IMG/VR virus record: IMGVR_UViG_3300011955_000032
Coordinates: 1-64,000 of that record
Strand: one strand, 5' to 3'
From: an uncultured virus (IMG/VR IMGVR_UViG_3300011955_000032)
Lineage: Duplodnaviria; Heunggongvirae; Uroviricota; Caudoviricetes
DNA length: 64,000 nt
In this document: positions 45,627 through 54,274 of the stretch, in pieces
Position numbering within the stretch: the stretch's first letter is position 1
Layout of the letters: every line of letters begins with the position of its first letter
Position numbers and translations under genes: made by a program
The notes under the pieces: model-generated
Database searches by the model: none
The model's input: the letters and a program-made list of their open reading frames with translations, nothing else
What the model was told of the DNA's origin: nothing

Positions 45627-45657
45627 AAGCCCGCCCCGCGCGGGCTTCGTCGTTTCT
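45627..45657 (+). terminator. Terminator after the PIN operon
   Basis: AAGCCCGC CCCGC GCGGGCTT CGTCGTTTCT. Confidence 0.55.
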
Positions 45658-45680
45658 GGGCAACAGTTCCCTGAAGAACC

Positions 45681-45722
45681 CCCGTGCAGGGTTCCCGAGC
45701 TTTCGCCCATGGCCTGTACCTT
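45681..45722 (+). promoter_or_regulatory. Late promoter motif, degenerate copy 4
   Basis: CCC GTGCA GGGTTCC-N21-TACCTT-N8-ATG. Confidence 0.5.
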
Positions 45723-45730
45723 CAAGGCCC

Positions 45731-46033
45731 ATGAGCAACACCAACGCATTCCCATCCCCATGTCCACTGTGCGGCCAGACTGCCCGGGCGTACTCCGAGG
45801 ACTACGACAACTGGACGCACTACTTCTGCCCTGGCTGCCGCGAGATCAAGGTGAACAAACTGGTCAGCGATAGCCTCCCGGCGGCGTCTGTCGAGGTGCG
45901 CGAGGCCTTGTCGGCACAGGCGCGGGCGTTGCGTGAGGGCGAGTACCTGAACTTCAACCGGGATTTCGACCAGCCGATGCAGGGTCGGACCAGATCGCCC
46001 TGGAAGGCTGAGATCCGGACGCGGCCTGTGTGA
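45731..46033 (+). CDS. Zn-ribbon moron protein
   Basis: CPLCG...YFCPGC. Confidence 0.65.
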   Translation: MSNTNAFPSPCPLCGQTARAYSEDYDNWTHYFCPGCREIKVNKLVSDSLPAASVEVREALSAQARALREGEYLNFNRDFDQPMQGRTRSPWKAEIRTRPV

Positions 46034-46127
46034 GCAGGCACTGGATTTGCCATCCGAAATTTACCCGCAGGACCGATTCGTCTTGAGCCGCCATGATTGC
46101 GCCCATTGCAACTCTCAGGAGATCCTG

Positions 46128-46451
46128 ATGACAGAGCGCGCTCAGAAGGCCATGGCTGACCTCGAATCTTTCTTCCAGCAATTTCGGTTTGGCGGCCCAC
46201 AAGTTCGTCAATCCCTGCTGCCTCGCCTTGGCCTGCTTCGGTCCGAGATCACATCGGTGGCCGGTGCGGACTCATACGTAATGCAGAAGCTCGGGTCTTT
46301 GGAGGAATCCTGCCGAAGGCTTGCGCGGCTTCGCCAGCCGAAAGGGTTCAGCGATTCAGACGAGATAAGCAGAGGACTCGGCGACGTCTCCGTTATTCGT
46401 GATTGGCTGGTAAGGCTGGGGGCCTTGCCGGACCCCTTCCCCAAAGAGTAA
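46128..46451 (+). CDS. Hypothetical moron protein
   Basis: CAGGAG RBS before ATG 46128. Confidence 0.6.
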   Translation: MTERAQKAMADLESFFQQFRFGGPQVRQSLLPRLGLLRSEITSVAGADSYVMQKLGSLEESCRRLARLRQPKGFSDSDEISRGLGDVSVIRDWLVRLGALPDPFPKE

Positions 46452-46458
46452 TCACGCC

Positions 46459-46499
46459 CCCGCCCAGGGTTCGCGCTCCAGCCCCTGCGTGGGAACACT
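46459..46499 (+). promoter_or_regulatory. Late promoter motif, copy 5
   Basis: CCC GCCCA GGGTTCG-N20-AACACT-N6-ATG. Confidence 0.75.
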
Positions 46500-46505
46500 G
46501 GGGGC

Positions 46506-49500
46506 ATGGCACAAAGCAATGACGCCCCTTGGGAAAACTATCGGCAACCGGCCAGCGGTGATTCCGCTGGTCCGTGGAGCAACTACGCGGCCAATCCAGA
46601 GCTGGGTCTTGCCACTCCGAAATCCAGCACCCTCTCCGACCTCGGCAAGTCCGTAAAGGCTGGCGTCCAGCGGCTGCCGGGCATGGTCACGGGGCTGGCA
46701 GACCTGCCTATCGCCCTTGCCACTGGCGCGCGCCCCGTCTCGGCGGCTGCCGATGCGCTGGGCGAGGCCACGGGTTTCCAGCCTGGCAAGTGGGCCGACG
46801 AGACGAAATTCTCCCCTGCGTATGAGGCCGGGCGCCAGAACGTGGACGAGGCCTGGAAGGACGGATCGGCAGGCGATATCGCGCTGGCCTACCTGAAGAA
46901 CCCGGCGTACACGGCGAACCAAGTGGCCGAGTCGCTTCCGTCGATGGTGGCCGGCGGCGTCCTCGGGCGTGCGGCCATGGGCGCTGGCGCAGTGGCTGCC
47001 AAGGCTGCCAACGCCGCCACGGGCACGGCGGCGCGTGCAGCCACACCCGGTGTGCTAGCGCGCACCGTGGGCGAGAAGTGGGCCGCGCCGGTGGCGGCAG
47101 GTATCGGCGAGGGCGTGGTCACAGCCGGCCAGCAGATGGAGCAGGCCACGGGCGAGGACCAGCAGCGTAACGCGGTGGCCGCCCTGGGCGCTGGCGCGCT
47201 GACGGGCGCCATCGGTGTCGGCGCTGGCCGGGTGGCCAACCGTCTGGGCCTGGAGACCGCCGAGACAGCCATGGCCAAGATCGGCACGGGCGCGACCACG
47301 GAGGTGCCGCTGTCGGCCCAGCGCCGCATTCTGGGCGGCATGGTGTCCGAAGCGGTGCTCCAGGAACTGCCCCAGTCGGCTCAGGAGCAGATGTGGCAGA
47401 ACTACGCCGACGGCAAGCCGCTCATGGAGGGCGTGGCCCGGGCCAGCACGGAAGGCGCGATTGCGGGCGGCGTGATGGGGGCGGGCGCCAACGTGAGTGG
47501 CGGCGCAAACCGTCGCGCACGCCAGGCAGACCAGCAGGGCCGCCAGCGCGCGGAGGATGCCGCAGCCAGTGCCAACCAGCTGGCCGAAGAGGCAAGCATC
47601 CAGAACTTGGCCGGGCAGCCGGTCAACCCCGTGGACCTGGGCGCGCCCGCCAGCTTCGAGGACCTGGTGACTTCCAGGCCCCAGGCCGAGCCGGACCCCT
47701 ACACGGCATGGGACCAGCAGGTGCAGGCTGGCGCACGTACCGCGCAGCCGGGTGCTGCTGCTCCTGCAAAGGCTGCTGGCCCTGCAGTGGACCCATTCAC
47801 GGACTGGGATGAGCAGAACGCTGCGGTGCGTGAGTTCCTCAGTCGCCCGCAGGATGCCCCCCAGCAGCGTCCAGACTACCTCGCCGAAGTCCAAGCCGCC
47901 GTGCGCAGCGGCACGCAGTTCTCCACCCAGCAGACGGTGGACACGGTGCGCGATGCGATGGAGGACGCCTGGCTGGCTCAGAACGTGGGCGCTGATCCTG
48001 CGGGTGCGCCAGCCTCTGGTGCTGGGCTGCAGGCGGCAGACGCCATGGGCGTGCAGCTGCAGGGCCAGTTCCAGCAGGCCAGCGAGGATGCCGGCATTGC
48101 CGCTGTGGACGCCCGAGTGCGCACCGGCCGCATTCTGTCCGGGCTGCAGAACCTACTGGACGGCGGCGCCCAGAACACGGCCCAGGTGCTGGGCGGCCTG
48201 AACGAGGGCCTGGCCCGCATCAACGAGCAGCCGTTGGACACCGCTGAGACGCAGCGCGTGCGCCGCATGGTGGACGCCTACATGGGATTCCGGGGTGTGG
48301 GTGAGCCTGCGCCGCTGCCGGCCGACCGCGCGCCAGCGGTGGACCCCTTCGCCGACAACGCCGCCATGGAAGCGCTGATCCCCCAGCGCCCGCTGCAGCG
48401 CCCCTCCGAGCGCATGGGCATCAACCCCGCAGACGGCCCGCTGTCGCGCGGCGCAGCGATGGCGGTGGATGCCGGCTTCGACGCCACCCAGCAGGCCACC
48501 CTGCAGGCCCAGGAGATCGCAAATGCCCAAGGTGCCCAGGCACAGGCTGCCGCCGTGGCCGCCCCAGCAGCCAATCCCCCAACCGGACCCGGCGCCCTGG
48601 AAGCCGCTGGGCCTGGCCCCCTGACCCAAACCACAGGAGCCACCTTTGCCCCGCAAGCCGATCAAGCCCAGCAAGCTGGCGCGCAACCTCCGCAAGCAAC
48701 TGGAGCGCCAAGCGCGCCGGCTGCTGGTGCTGCTGCAGCGCAGGAAGGTCTGACCAATGCCAGCACCACGACTTTCAACGATGGCGCGCAAGGCGGCCCG
48801 GCGCCAGGCGCGCAAGGACAAGCGCAGGCAGCAGCTCCCCGCCCGGCCAACTGGCGATCCAGCGCGCTTCCTGCCGGCCGCGTGGCCCGGAGTCTGGGAA
48901 TAGATCCCAAGGGGAAGAGGCTGGCGCAGATCCTGGCTGAGATCGATGCCGCTGATGCGGCGCGATCGAACCCCGTATCACCAGCGACGAGGGATGCACA
49001 GCTTGCCAAGCTGCGCGACGAATTGGGCGAGGGTGTGGGCACCTATGCGCAGAAGCTGGCGACAAGGTTGGGCGATGCGCGGTACAGCCTGATGCAGGCA
49101 GAGAGCCTGTCTCCTATGCAGCAGCGTCTTTCCGGCAGGAATCTGGCAGAAATTCGCGCAGAGATCGCGCGCTTGGAGAGCGCTGCCGAAAGTGCCACCT
49201 TGCTGGACGATATCGATTTGCGGGACGGCTTGAACCGCAGCATGCTGGCTGGCGCGCGACAAGAGCTGGATGCCAGCCCCCTCGGTAACCAAGATCGCTT
49301 GGCGGTTGCCTCGGCTGCCAGAGAGGCCGGAAATGCGGCAGATGCTGCTGCGACAGTGTTCGCAGCCGTGGATGGCGCTGAGACCCCCGCTCTTGCGCGC
49401 AAGCAAAGTCCTGATCCTCAGTTCAGCCGCGACATGCCCGAGGAGCTGGCCCGGGAGATCCGCAAACTGCGCCCACCTGTCTACCCGGCCACGAACGCCT

Positions 49501-52500
49501 CTGTGCGCCAGGCGGTCGGCCAGCTGGTCGGCAGCATGGGCATGCTGCCCAACCGCTTGGGCCGCATCGTGGTCACGACCTCGGATGACATCCGCGCCAA
49601 CTGGGAGCCGCTGATCGGACCCGTGGCCATGGGTGCAGAGGGCGGCGGCAAGGCCCAGGGCTTCTACGATCCCAACACCAAGACCGTGTTCATCATCTCC
49701 GACCACATCGTGGCCGGCGACGAGCTGGGCGTGGTGGCGCACGAGCTGATGCACAAGCACGGGCCTGCGGTGCTGGGCGAGGAGGGGTGGAACCAGCTGC
49801 ATGGCGCCATCGGCGGCTGGGCCAGTGCGCAGGAGGGAAGCCTGGAGCGACAGGTCTACAACGAGGCCGCCGCGCGCGTACGCGATTCCCAACCGGCCGT
49901 TGCAGATGCGCAAGCCTACTCGTCGCAGGAACTGTTCCCCTACGCCGTGCAGGTCGCGCTGGAGATGGGCGTGCGCCCCAATGCGCTGGCCAAGCCTGGC
50001 ACCGTGGCGCGCTGGCTGGACCAGGTGCGCAAGGTGCTGCGCCAGGTCTGGGCCAAGATCGCCGGCAGCCGAAGTGACTTTGGCAGCCAGGACCTGGTGA
50101 ACCTGGCCTTCGGCATTGCGCAGCGGGAAAACCCAGCACATACAGGAGAACTGGATGGAGCCATTGCTTCGACTGCTGAATCGAGTGCCCAGCCAGAGCA
50201 GGCAGACGCCGCCTCCATGCCAGGGCAGGCCGGTGAGCGGAAAGATGAGCAGCGGGCGCGCATTCTTCAGGGGGATCCGATCCTGACCCTCACTGGCGAG
50301 GAAGCACCCCAAACCGGCATGCTGGCCGTGCGTCAGTGGGCAACGGAGCTATTTCGGCAGCAGGGTGGCAAGGCCGTGAACCCGGAAATCGGTGAGGTGA
50401 CGCTGGATGGACGCTCGGTGCGCGATTCCATGGCGCATGGAAAGCCTAACCCGTTCAAATACACAGCGTTTGCTGCAGTGAAGGACGTGCTGGAGAAGGG
50501 CGCTGTCGTGCTGTCCACCCAGCATGGCCGCGATGGCCAGAGCTTCTACGTGAGCGCGCCAGTGCGCATCAAGGGTGTGGACGACGTGGTCACCGTGCTG
50601 GTGCGCCGCGATCCGAATGACCAGCGCATGTACCTGCACAGCGTGGCCACAAAAGAAAATCTCCTGAATCGTCGAGTTTCCGGGACTGACACCGCAGGCG
50701 GTGTGGAGCGATCCGGCTCATCCAATTCAGGAGACGGTTCGATAGTAGCGCAGCAGCAGCCCGCTGGCAAGTTGTCCTCTGAGGCGGTAGCCAATGAAAT
50801 CAACAGGTTGTTGAAGAAGCCAGTGCAGTTCAGCCGAGCCGCGCCGGCCGCGCCCACGGCAAGCGACTACACCGCCGAGCAGGCCCGTGCCGCAGAGCAT
50901 GCCTTCGGTGTCCAGGTGAAGCAGACCTGGGCCGAGCGTGCGCAGGCCATGCGCCAGAACTTCGGCACGCGGCTGCGCCAGGGACTGGTCGACCAGTTCG
51001 CACCCCTCAAGGAGATCAGCGAGAAGGCCTACATCCTGGCGCGCCTGTCCAAGGGCAGCGACGGTGCGGTGGAGGCGGCGCTACTCTACGGCAAGCCCTA
51101 CCTGCGCGACGGCGTGGCCGACGTGGACATCAAGGACGGTGGATTCGCCAACGTGCTGGCCAGCCTCAAGGGCGAGCACGACCGGTTCTTCCAGTGGGTG
51201 GCCGCCCAGCGCGCGCAGCGCCTCAAGGCCGAAGGCAAGGAGAACCTGCTGACCGACCGCGACATCACAGCCCTGCGCTCGCTGGATGCCGGCCGCATGG
51301 CCGATGGCACGGCCCGCATGCCGCTGTACGCTGCAGCGCTGCGGGAGCTGAACGCCTTCAACGAGGCCAGCCTGAAGGTGGCTCGGGACTCCGGCCTGAT
51401 CGACCAGGCCGCCTACGACCTCATGAAGGACCAGCCCTATGTGCCGTTCTACCGCCTCATGGAAGAGGACGGCGGCATGCGCGGCCCGCGCTTCAGCTCC
51501 GGGCTGGTGAACCAGCAGGCCTGGAAGAAGCTCAAGGGCGGCACGCAGCAGCTCAATGCCGACCTGCTGCAGAACACGCTCATGAACTGGAGCCACCTGT
51601 ATGCCGCCGCCGCGCGCAACCGGGCCTCCCTGGAGACCATGGACGCGGCCGAGAAGCTTGGCGCTGCCGAGCGCGTGCCGGCGGACACCAAGGGCTCGGT
51701 GAAGGTCATGCGCAACGGCGTGGCCGAGCACTGGGCCATAGAGGACCCGCTGCTGGTCGATGCCATCTCGGCCATGAGCTACACGCCCGGCGGCATCGTC
51801 AAGGCCATGGCGCCGTTCAAGCGCCTGCTGACCTTCGGCGTGACGGTGAACCCCACCTTCAAGATCCGTAACCTGATCCGCGACAGCCTTTCGGCCATCG
51901 CCCAGAGCGACCTGAGCTACAACCCGCTGGAGAACGTCGCCAAGGGCTGGAAGGCCACGTCCAAGAACAGCCAGACCTATGCCTCCATGCTGGCCAGCGG
52001 CGGCATCATCAAGTTCGGCACGCAGGAGAACACCAACCAGCTGCGTGGCCAGATCGAGCGCCTGGGCGGCACCATGCTGGACAAGCAGGGCTTCGACAAG
52101 CTCAAGGACCAGATGCGCTCTCTGTGGGAGGTGTATGAGGAATTCGGCGACCGCACCGAGAACGTGAACCGCACGGCGCTGTACGAACGCCTGCGCGCCA
52201 AGGGCCTGAGCCATGCCGAGGCCAGCTTCCAGGCCCGGGACCTGATGGACTTCAGCATGTCCGGCAAATGGGAGACGGTGCGTTTCCTGGCCCAGACCGT
52301 GCCCTTCCTGAACGCGCGCCTGCAGGGCCTGTACAAGCTGGGCCGCGCCGCCGGCGAAGACCCGCGCCGCTTCGCCGCCATGGCCGGCGCCGTGTCGCTG
52401 GCCAGCCTGGGCCTGCTGGCCGCCTATGCCGATGACGACGACTGGAAGAAGCGCGAGGACTTCGACCGGGACAATTTCTGGTGGTTCAAGATCGGCGACA

Positions 52501-53336
52501 AGGCCTTCCGCATCCCCAAGCCCTTCGAGGTGGGCGCCATCGGCACGGTGGCCGAGCGCACGGCCGAGCTGATGATGAGCGAGGAGATGACCGGCAAACG
52601 CTTCGGCCAGCGCATCAGCGACATGGTGTTCAACACCTTCGCCATGGACCCGACGCCCCAGGCCATCAAGCCTTTCTTGGACGTCTACGCCAACAAGGAC
52701 AGCTTCAGCGGCCGGGCCATCGAGGGCATGGCCGACGAGCGCCTGCGCCCGCAGGACCGCTACAACGAGCGCACCTCGGAGGTGGCGCGCCTGCTGGGCT
52801 CCTGGGGCCTGCCGGACCCGGTGCGCCTGGCCAAGGGGGAGTACTCGGGCCTGAGCCCGAAACAGGTGGACTTCCTGCTGCGCGGGTACTTCGGCTGGCT
52901 GGCCACGGTGAGCACCACTGCCACGGACACCATCGCGCGCCCGATGCTGGACCGCGGCGAGCGGCCGGCCATGCGCTGGCGGGATGCCTTCGTCGCCGGC
53001 AACTTCGTCGAGGAACTGCCCACGGGCTCCAGCCGCTACGTCACCACCATGTACGAGCAGGCCAAGGGCGTGGAGCAGGCTTGGGCCAGCCATCAGGCTG
53101 CGATCAAGTCCGGCGACGTGGAGCTGGCGCGCAGCATCCAGGAAGAGGAGGGGCCGAAGCTGCGCAACCGTATGGCCATCAACGCCGCCAAGCAGCAGAT
53201 GGCCGAGCTGGGCCAGCGCGCCAAGAAGATCGAGGGGGACCGCCTGATGAGTGGCGAGATCAAGCGAGAGCGCCTGACCCAGATCGAGCAGCAGCGCAAC
53301 GCCATCGCGCAGCGCGTGGCGGGGCTCACAGACTGA
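46506..53336 (+). CDS. Large polyvalent (ejection) protein: zincin-like peptidase, LPD3/BECR-like module, LPD38-like C-terminus
   Basis: 2276 aa; AQGFYDP...VVAHELMHKHG; FYVSAPVRIKG...MYLHSV; YVPFYR; NLIRD; PFLNARLQG; FRIPKPFEVG. Confidence 0.85.
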   Translation: MAQSNDAPWENYRQPASGDSAGPWSNYAANPELGLATPKSSTLSDLGKSVKAGVQRLPGMVTGLADLPIALATGARPVSAAADALGEATGFQPGKWADETKFSPAYEAGRQNVDEAWKDGSAGDIALAYLKNPAYTANQVAESLPSMVAGGVLGRAAMGAGAVAAKAANAATGTAARAATPGVLARTVGEKWAAPVAAGIGEGVVTAGQQMEQATGEDQQRNAVAALGAGALTGAIGVGAGRVANRLGLETAETAMAKIGTGATTEVPLSAQRRILGGMVSEAVLQELPQSAQEQMWQNYADGKPLMEGVARASTEGAIAGGVMGAGANVSGGANRRARQADQQGRQRAEDAAASANQLAEEASIQNLAGQPVNPVDLGAPASFEDLVTSRPQAEPDPYTAWDQQVQAGARTAQPGAAAPAKAAGPAVDPFTDWDEQNAAVREFLSRPQDAPQQRPDYLAEVQAAVRSGTQFSTQQTVDTVRDAMEDAWLAQNVGADPAGAPASGAGLQAADAMGVQLQGQFQQASEDAGIAAVDARVRTGRILSGLQNLLDGGAQNTAQVLGGLNEGLARINEQPLDTAETQRVRRMVDAYMGFRGVGEPAPLPADRAPAVDPFADNAAMEALIPQRPLQRPSERMGINPADGPLSRGAAMAVDAGFDATQQATLQAQEIANAQGAQAQAAAVAAPAANPPTGPGALEAAGPGPLTQTTGATFAPQADQAQQAGAQPPQATGAPSAPAAGAAAAQEGLTNASTTTFNDGAQGGPAPGAQGQAQAAAPRPANWRSSALPAGRVARSLGIDPKGKRLAQILAEIDAADAARSNPVSPATRDAQLAKLRDELGEGVGTYAQKLATRLGDARYSLMQAESLSPMQQRLSGRNLAEIRAEIARLESAAESATLLDDIDLRDGLNRSMLAGARQELDASPLGNQDRLAVASAAREAGNAADAAATVFAAVDGAETPALARKQSPDPQFSRDMPEELAREIRKLRPPVYPATNASVRQAVGQLVGSMGMLPNRLGRIVVTTSDDIRANWEPLIGPVAMGAEGGGKAQGFYDPNTKTVFIISDHIVAGDELGVVAHELMHKHGPAVLGEEGWNQLHGAIGGWASAQEGSLERQVYNEAAARVRDSQPAVADAQAYSSQELFPYAVQVALEMGVRPNALAKPGTVARWLDQVRKVLRQVWAKIAGSRSDFGSQDLVNLAFGIAQRENPAHTGELDGAIASTAESSAQPEQADAASMPGQAGERKDEQRARILQGDPILTLTGEEAPQTGMLAVRQWATELFRQQGGKAVNPEIGEVTLDGRSVRDSMAHGKPNPFKYTAFAAVKDVLEKGAVVLSTQHGRDGQSFYVSAPVRIKGVDDVVTVLVRRDPNDQRMYLHSVATKENLLNRRVSGTDTAGGVERSGSSNSGDGSIVAQQQPAGKLSSEAVANEINRLLKKPVQFSRAAPAAPTASDYTAEQARAAEHAFGVQVKQTWAERAQAMRQNFGTRLRQGLVDQFAPLKEISEKAYILARLSKGSDGAVEAALLYGKPYLRDGVADVDIKDGGFANVLASLKGEHDRFFQWVAAQRAQRLKAEGKENLLTDRDITALRSLDAGRMADGTARMPLYAAALRELNAFNEASLKVARDSGLIDQAAYDLMKDQPYVPFYRLMEEDGGMRGPRFSSGLVNQQAWKKLKGGTQQLNADLLQNTLMNWSHLYAAAARNRASLETMDAAEKLGAAERVPADTKGSVKVMRNGVAEHWAIEDPLLVDAISAMSYTPGGIVKAMAPFKRLLTFGVTVNPTFKIRNLIRDSLSAIAQSDLSYNPLENVAKGWKATSKNSQTYASMLASGGIIKFGTQENTNQLRGQIERLGGTMLDKQGFDKLKDQMRSLWEVYEEFGDRTENVNRTALYERLRAKGLSHAEASFQARDLMDFSMSGKWETVRFLAQTVPFLNARLQGLYKLGRAAGEDPRRFAAMAGAVSLASLGLLAAYADDDDWKKREDFDRDNFWWFKIGDKAFRIPKPFEVGAIGTVAERTAELMMSEEMTGKRFGQRISDMVFNTFAMDPTPQAIKPFLDVYANKDSFSGRAIEGMADERLRPQDRYNERTSEVARLLGSWGLPDPVRLAKGEYSGLSPKQVDFLLRGYFGWLATVSTTATDTIARPMLDRGERPAMRWRDAFVAGNFVEELPTGSSRYVTTMYEQAKGVEQAWASHQAAIKSGDVELARSIQEEEGPKLRNRMAINAAKQQMAELGQRAKKIEGDRLMSGEIKRERLTQIEQQRNAIAQRVAGLTD

Positions 53337-53496
53337 TCGCGCCGCGCCGGATGAACTGCCAGATGAAGCCCACGGCGCCGAGCCCGAGGATGATCAGCCA
53401 GTAAGTCTCGATCATCGAGCGGCGCTCGGCGGGCGTGGTCAGCTTGAAGAAGAGGATGGCTGCGATCACGAGCAGCCAAAAGATGATGCCGGGCAT
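53326..53496 (-). CDS. Antisense moron: 56-aa two-TM membrane protein
   Basis: MPGIIFWLLVIAAILFFKL...YWLIILGLGAVGFIWQF; TACCAT -10 six nt before the ATG. Confidence 0.65.
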   Translation of the reverse strand: MPGIIFWLLVIAAILFFKLTTPAERRSMIETYWLIILGLGAVGFIWQFIRRGAISL

Positions 53497-53551
53497 GGAG
53501 ACATGGTAGGGGCCGGCGCGTGCCGTCGCAATCCTCACTGCGTGGCACACC

Positions 53552-53592
53552 CCCGCCCAAGGTTCGACCCAAACGCGCGCACCCGGGAGACT
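53552..53592 (+). promoter_or_regulatory. Late promoter motif, copy 6
   Basis: CCC GCCCA AGGTTCG-N20-GAGACT-N7-ATG. Confidence 0.75.
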
Positions 53593-53599
53593 GCGGTGC

Positions 53600-54274
53600 A
53601 TGGACTCAATCCTCCACGACACCTGGCAAGGCTCCGGCAGCATCCACGGCCACGTCCCGGACCAGGGCGGCGGCAACTGGGTGCACCAGGACCTGACCAC
53701 CTACCCGGCGAACACGACCATCGTGGCCGGCGGGAAGGGTTCGCTTGTGAACCCCGATGGACTGGTGTACGTGGACTATTTCATGCCCATGCCGACGGGT
53801 ATGGATACCTTCGCGGCTGAATTCGAGTTCTTGTCCGAGCCTGATTCGGACGTGAGCGGTACAGAGTTCGGTGCGACGGTGGGCCTGGTAAATGCCGCCG
53901 CCGAGGTGGCGCTGCGCGTGGGCGGGTATTACTACTCCTATCCCGGCAATGCGAACTACGACCCACCGAAGTTCAACGCCTTGGTGCTGGGCGAGGAATA
54001 CACGGGCCAGGAGGTCGAGGTCTCGCGCCCGGTTCCGGGTGGCACACGCGTCGTCAAGCTGATGCTGAGCGCGGCCAGCCAGACGGTGACGTTCGATGGC
54101 GAGGTGGTGCTGTCTGCGACAGAGGCCGTGCCTGCGGATGTGCAGCAGCTGTACCTGTCGTTCAAGCTGCTGGGCCGGCATTCGGTCAAGAAGGTCACCG
54201 TCACGGGGGGCGGCGAGAAGCCGTTCTGGACGGGCTTTCGGCGCACTGCCGAGGTGTCGGAGGTGACGCCATGA
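53600..54274 (+). CDS. Beta-rich virion/tail accessory protein
   Basis: First gene of the tail operon; C-terminal PFWTGF. Confidence 0.6.
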   Translation: MDSILHDTWQGSGSIHGHVPDQGGGNWVHQDLTTYPANTTIVAGGKGSLVNPDGLVYVDYFMPMPTGMDTFAAEFEFLSEPDSDVSGTEFGATVGLVNAAAEVALRVGGYYYSYPGNANYDPPKFNALVLGEEYTGQEVEVSRPVPGGTRVVKLMLSAASQTVTFDGEVVLSATEAVPADVQQLYLSFKLLGRHSVKKVTVTGGGEKPFWTGFRRTAEVSEVTP

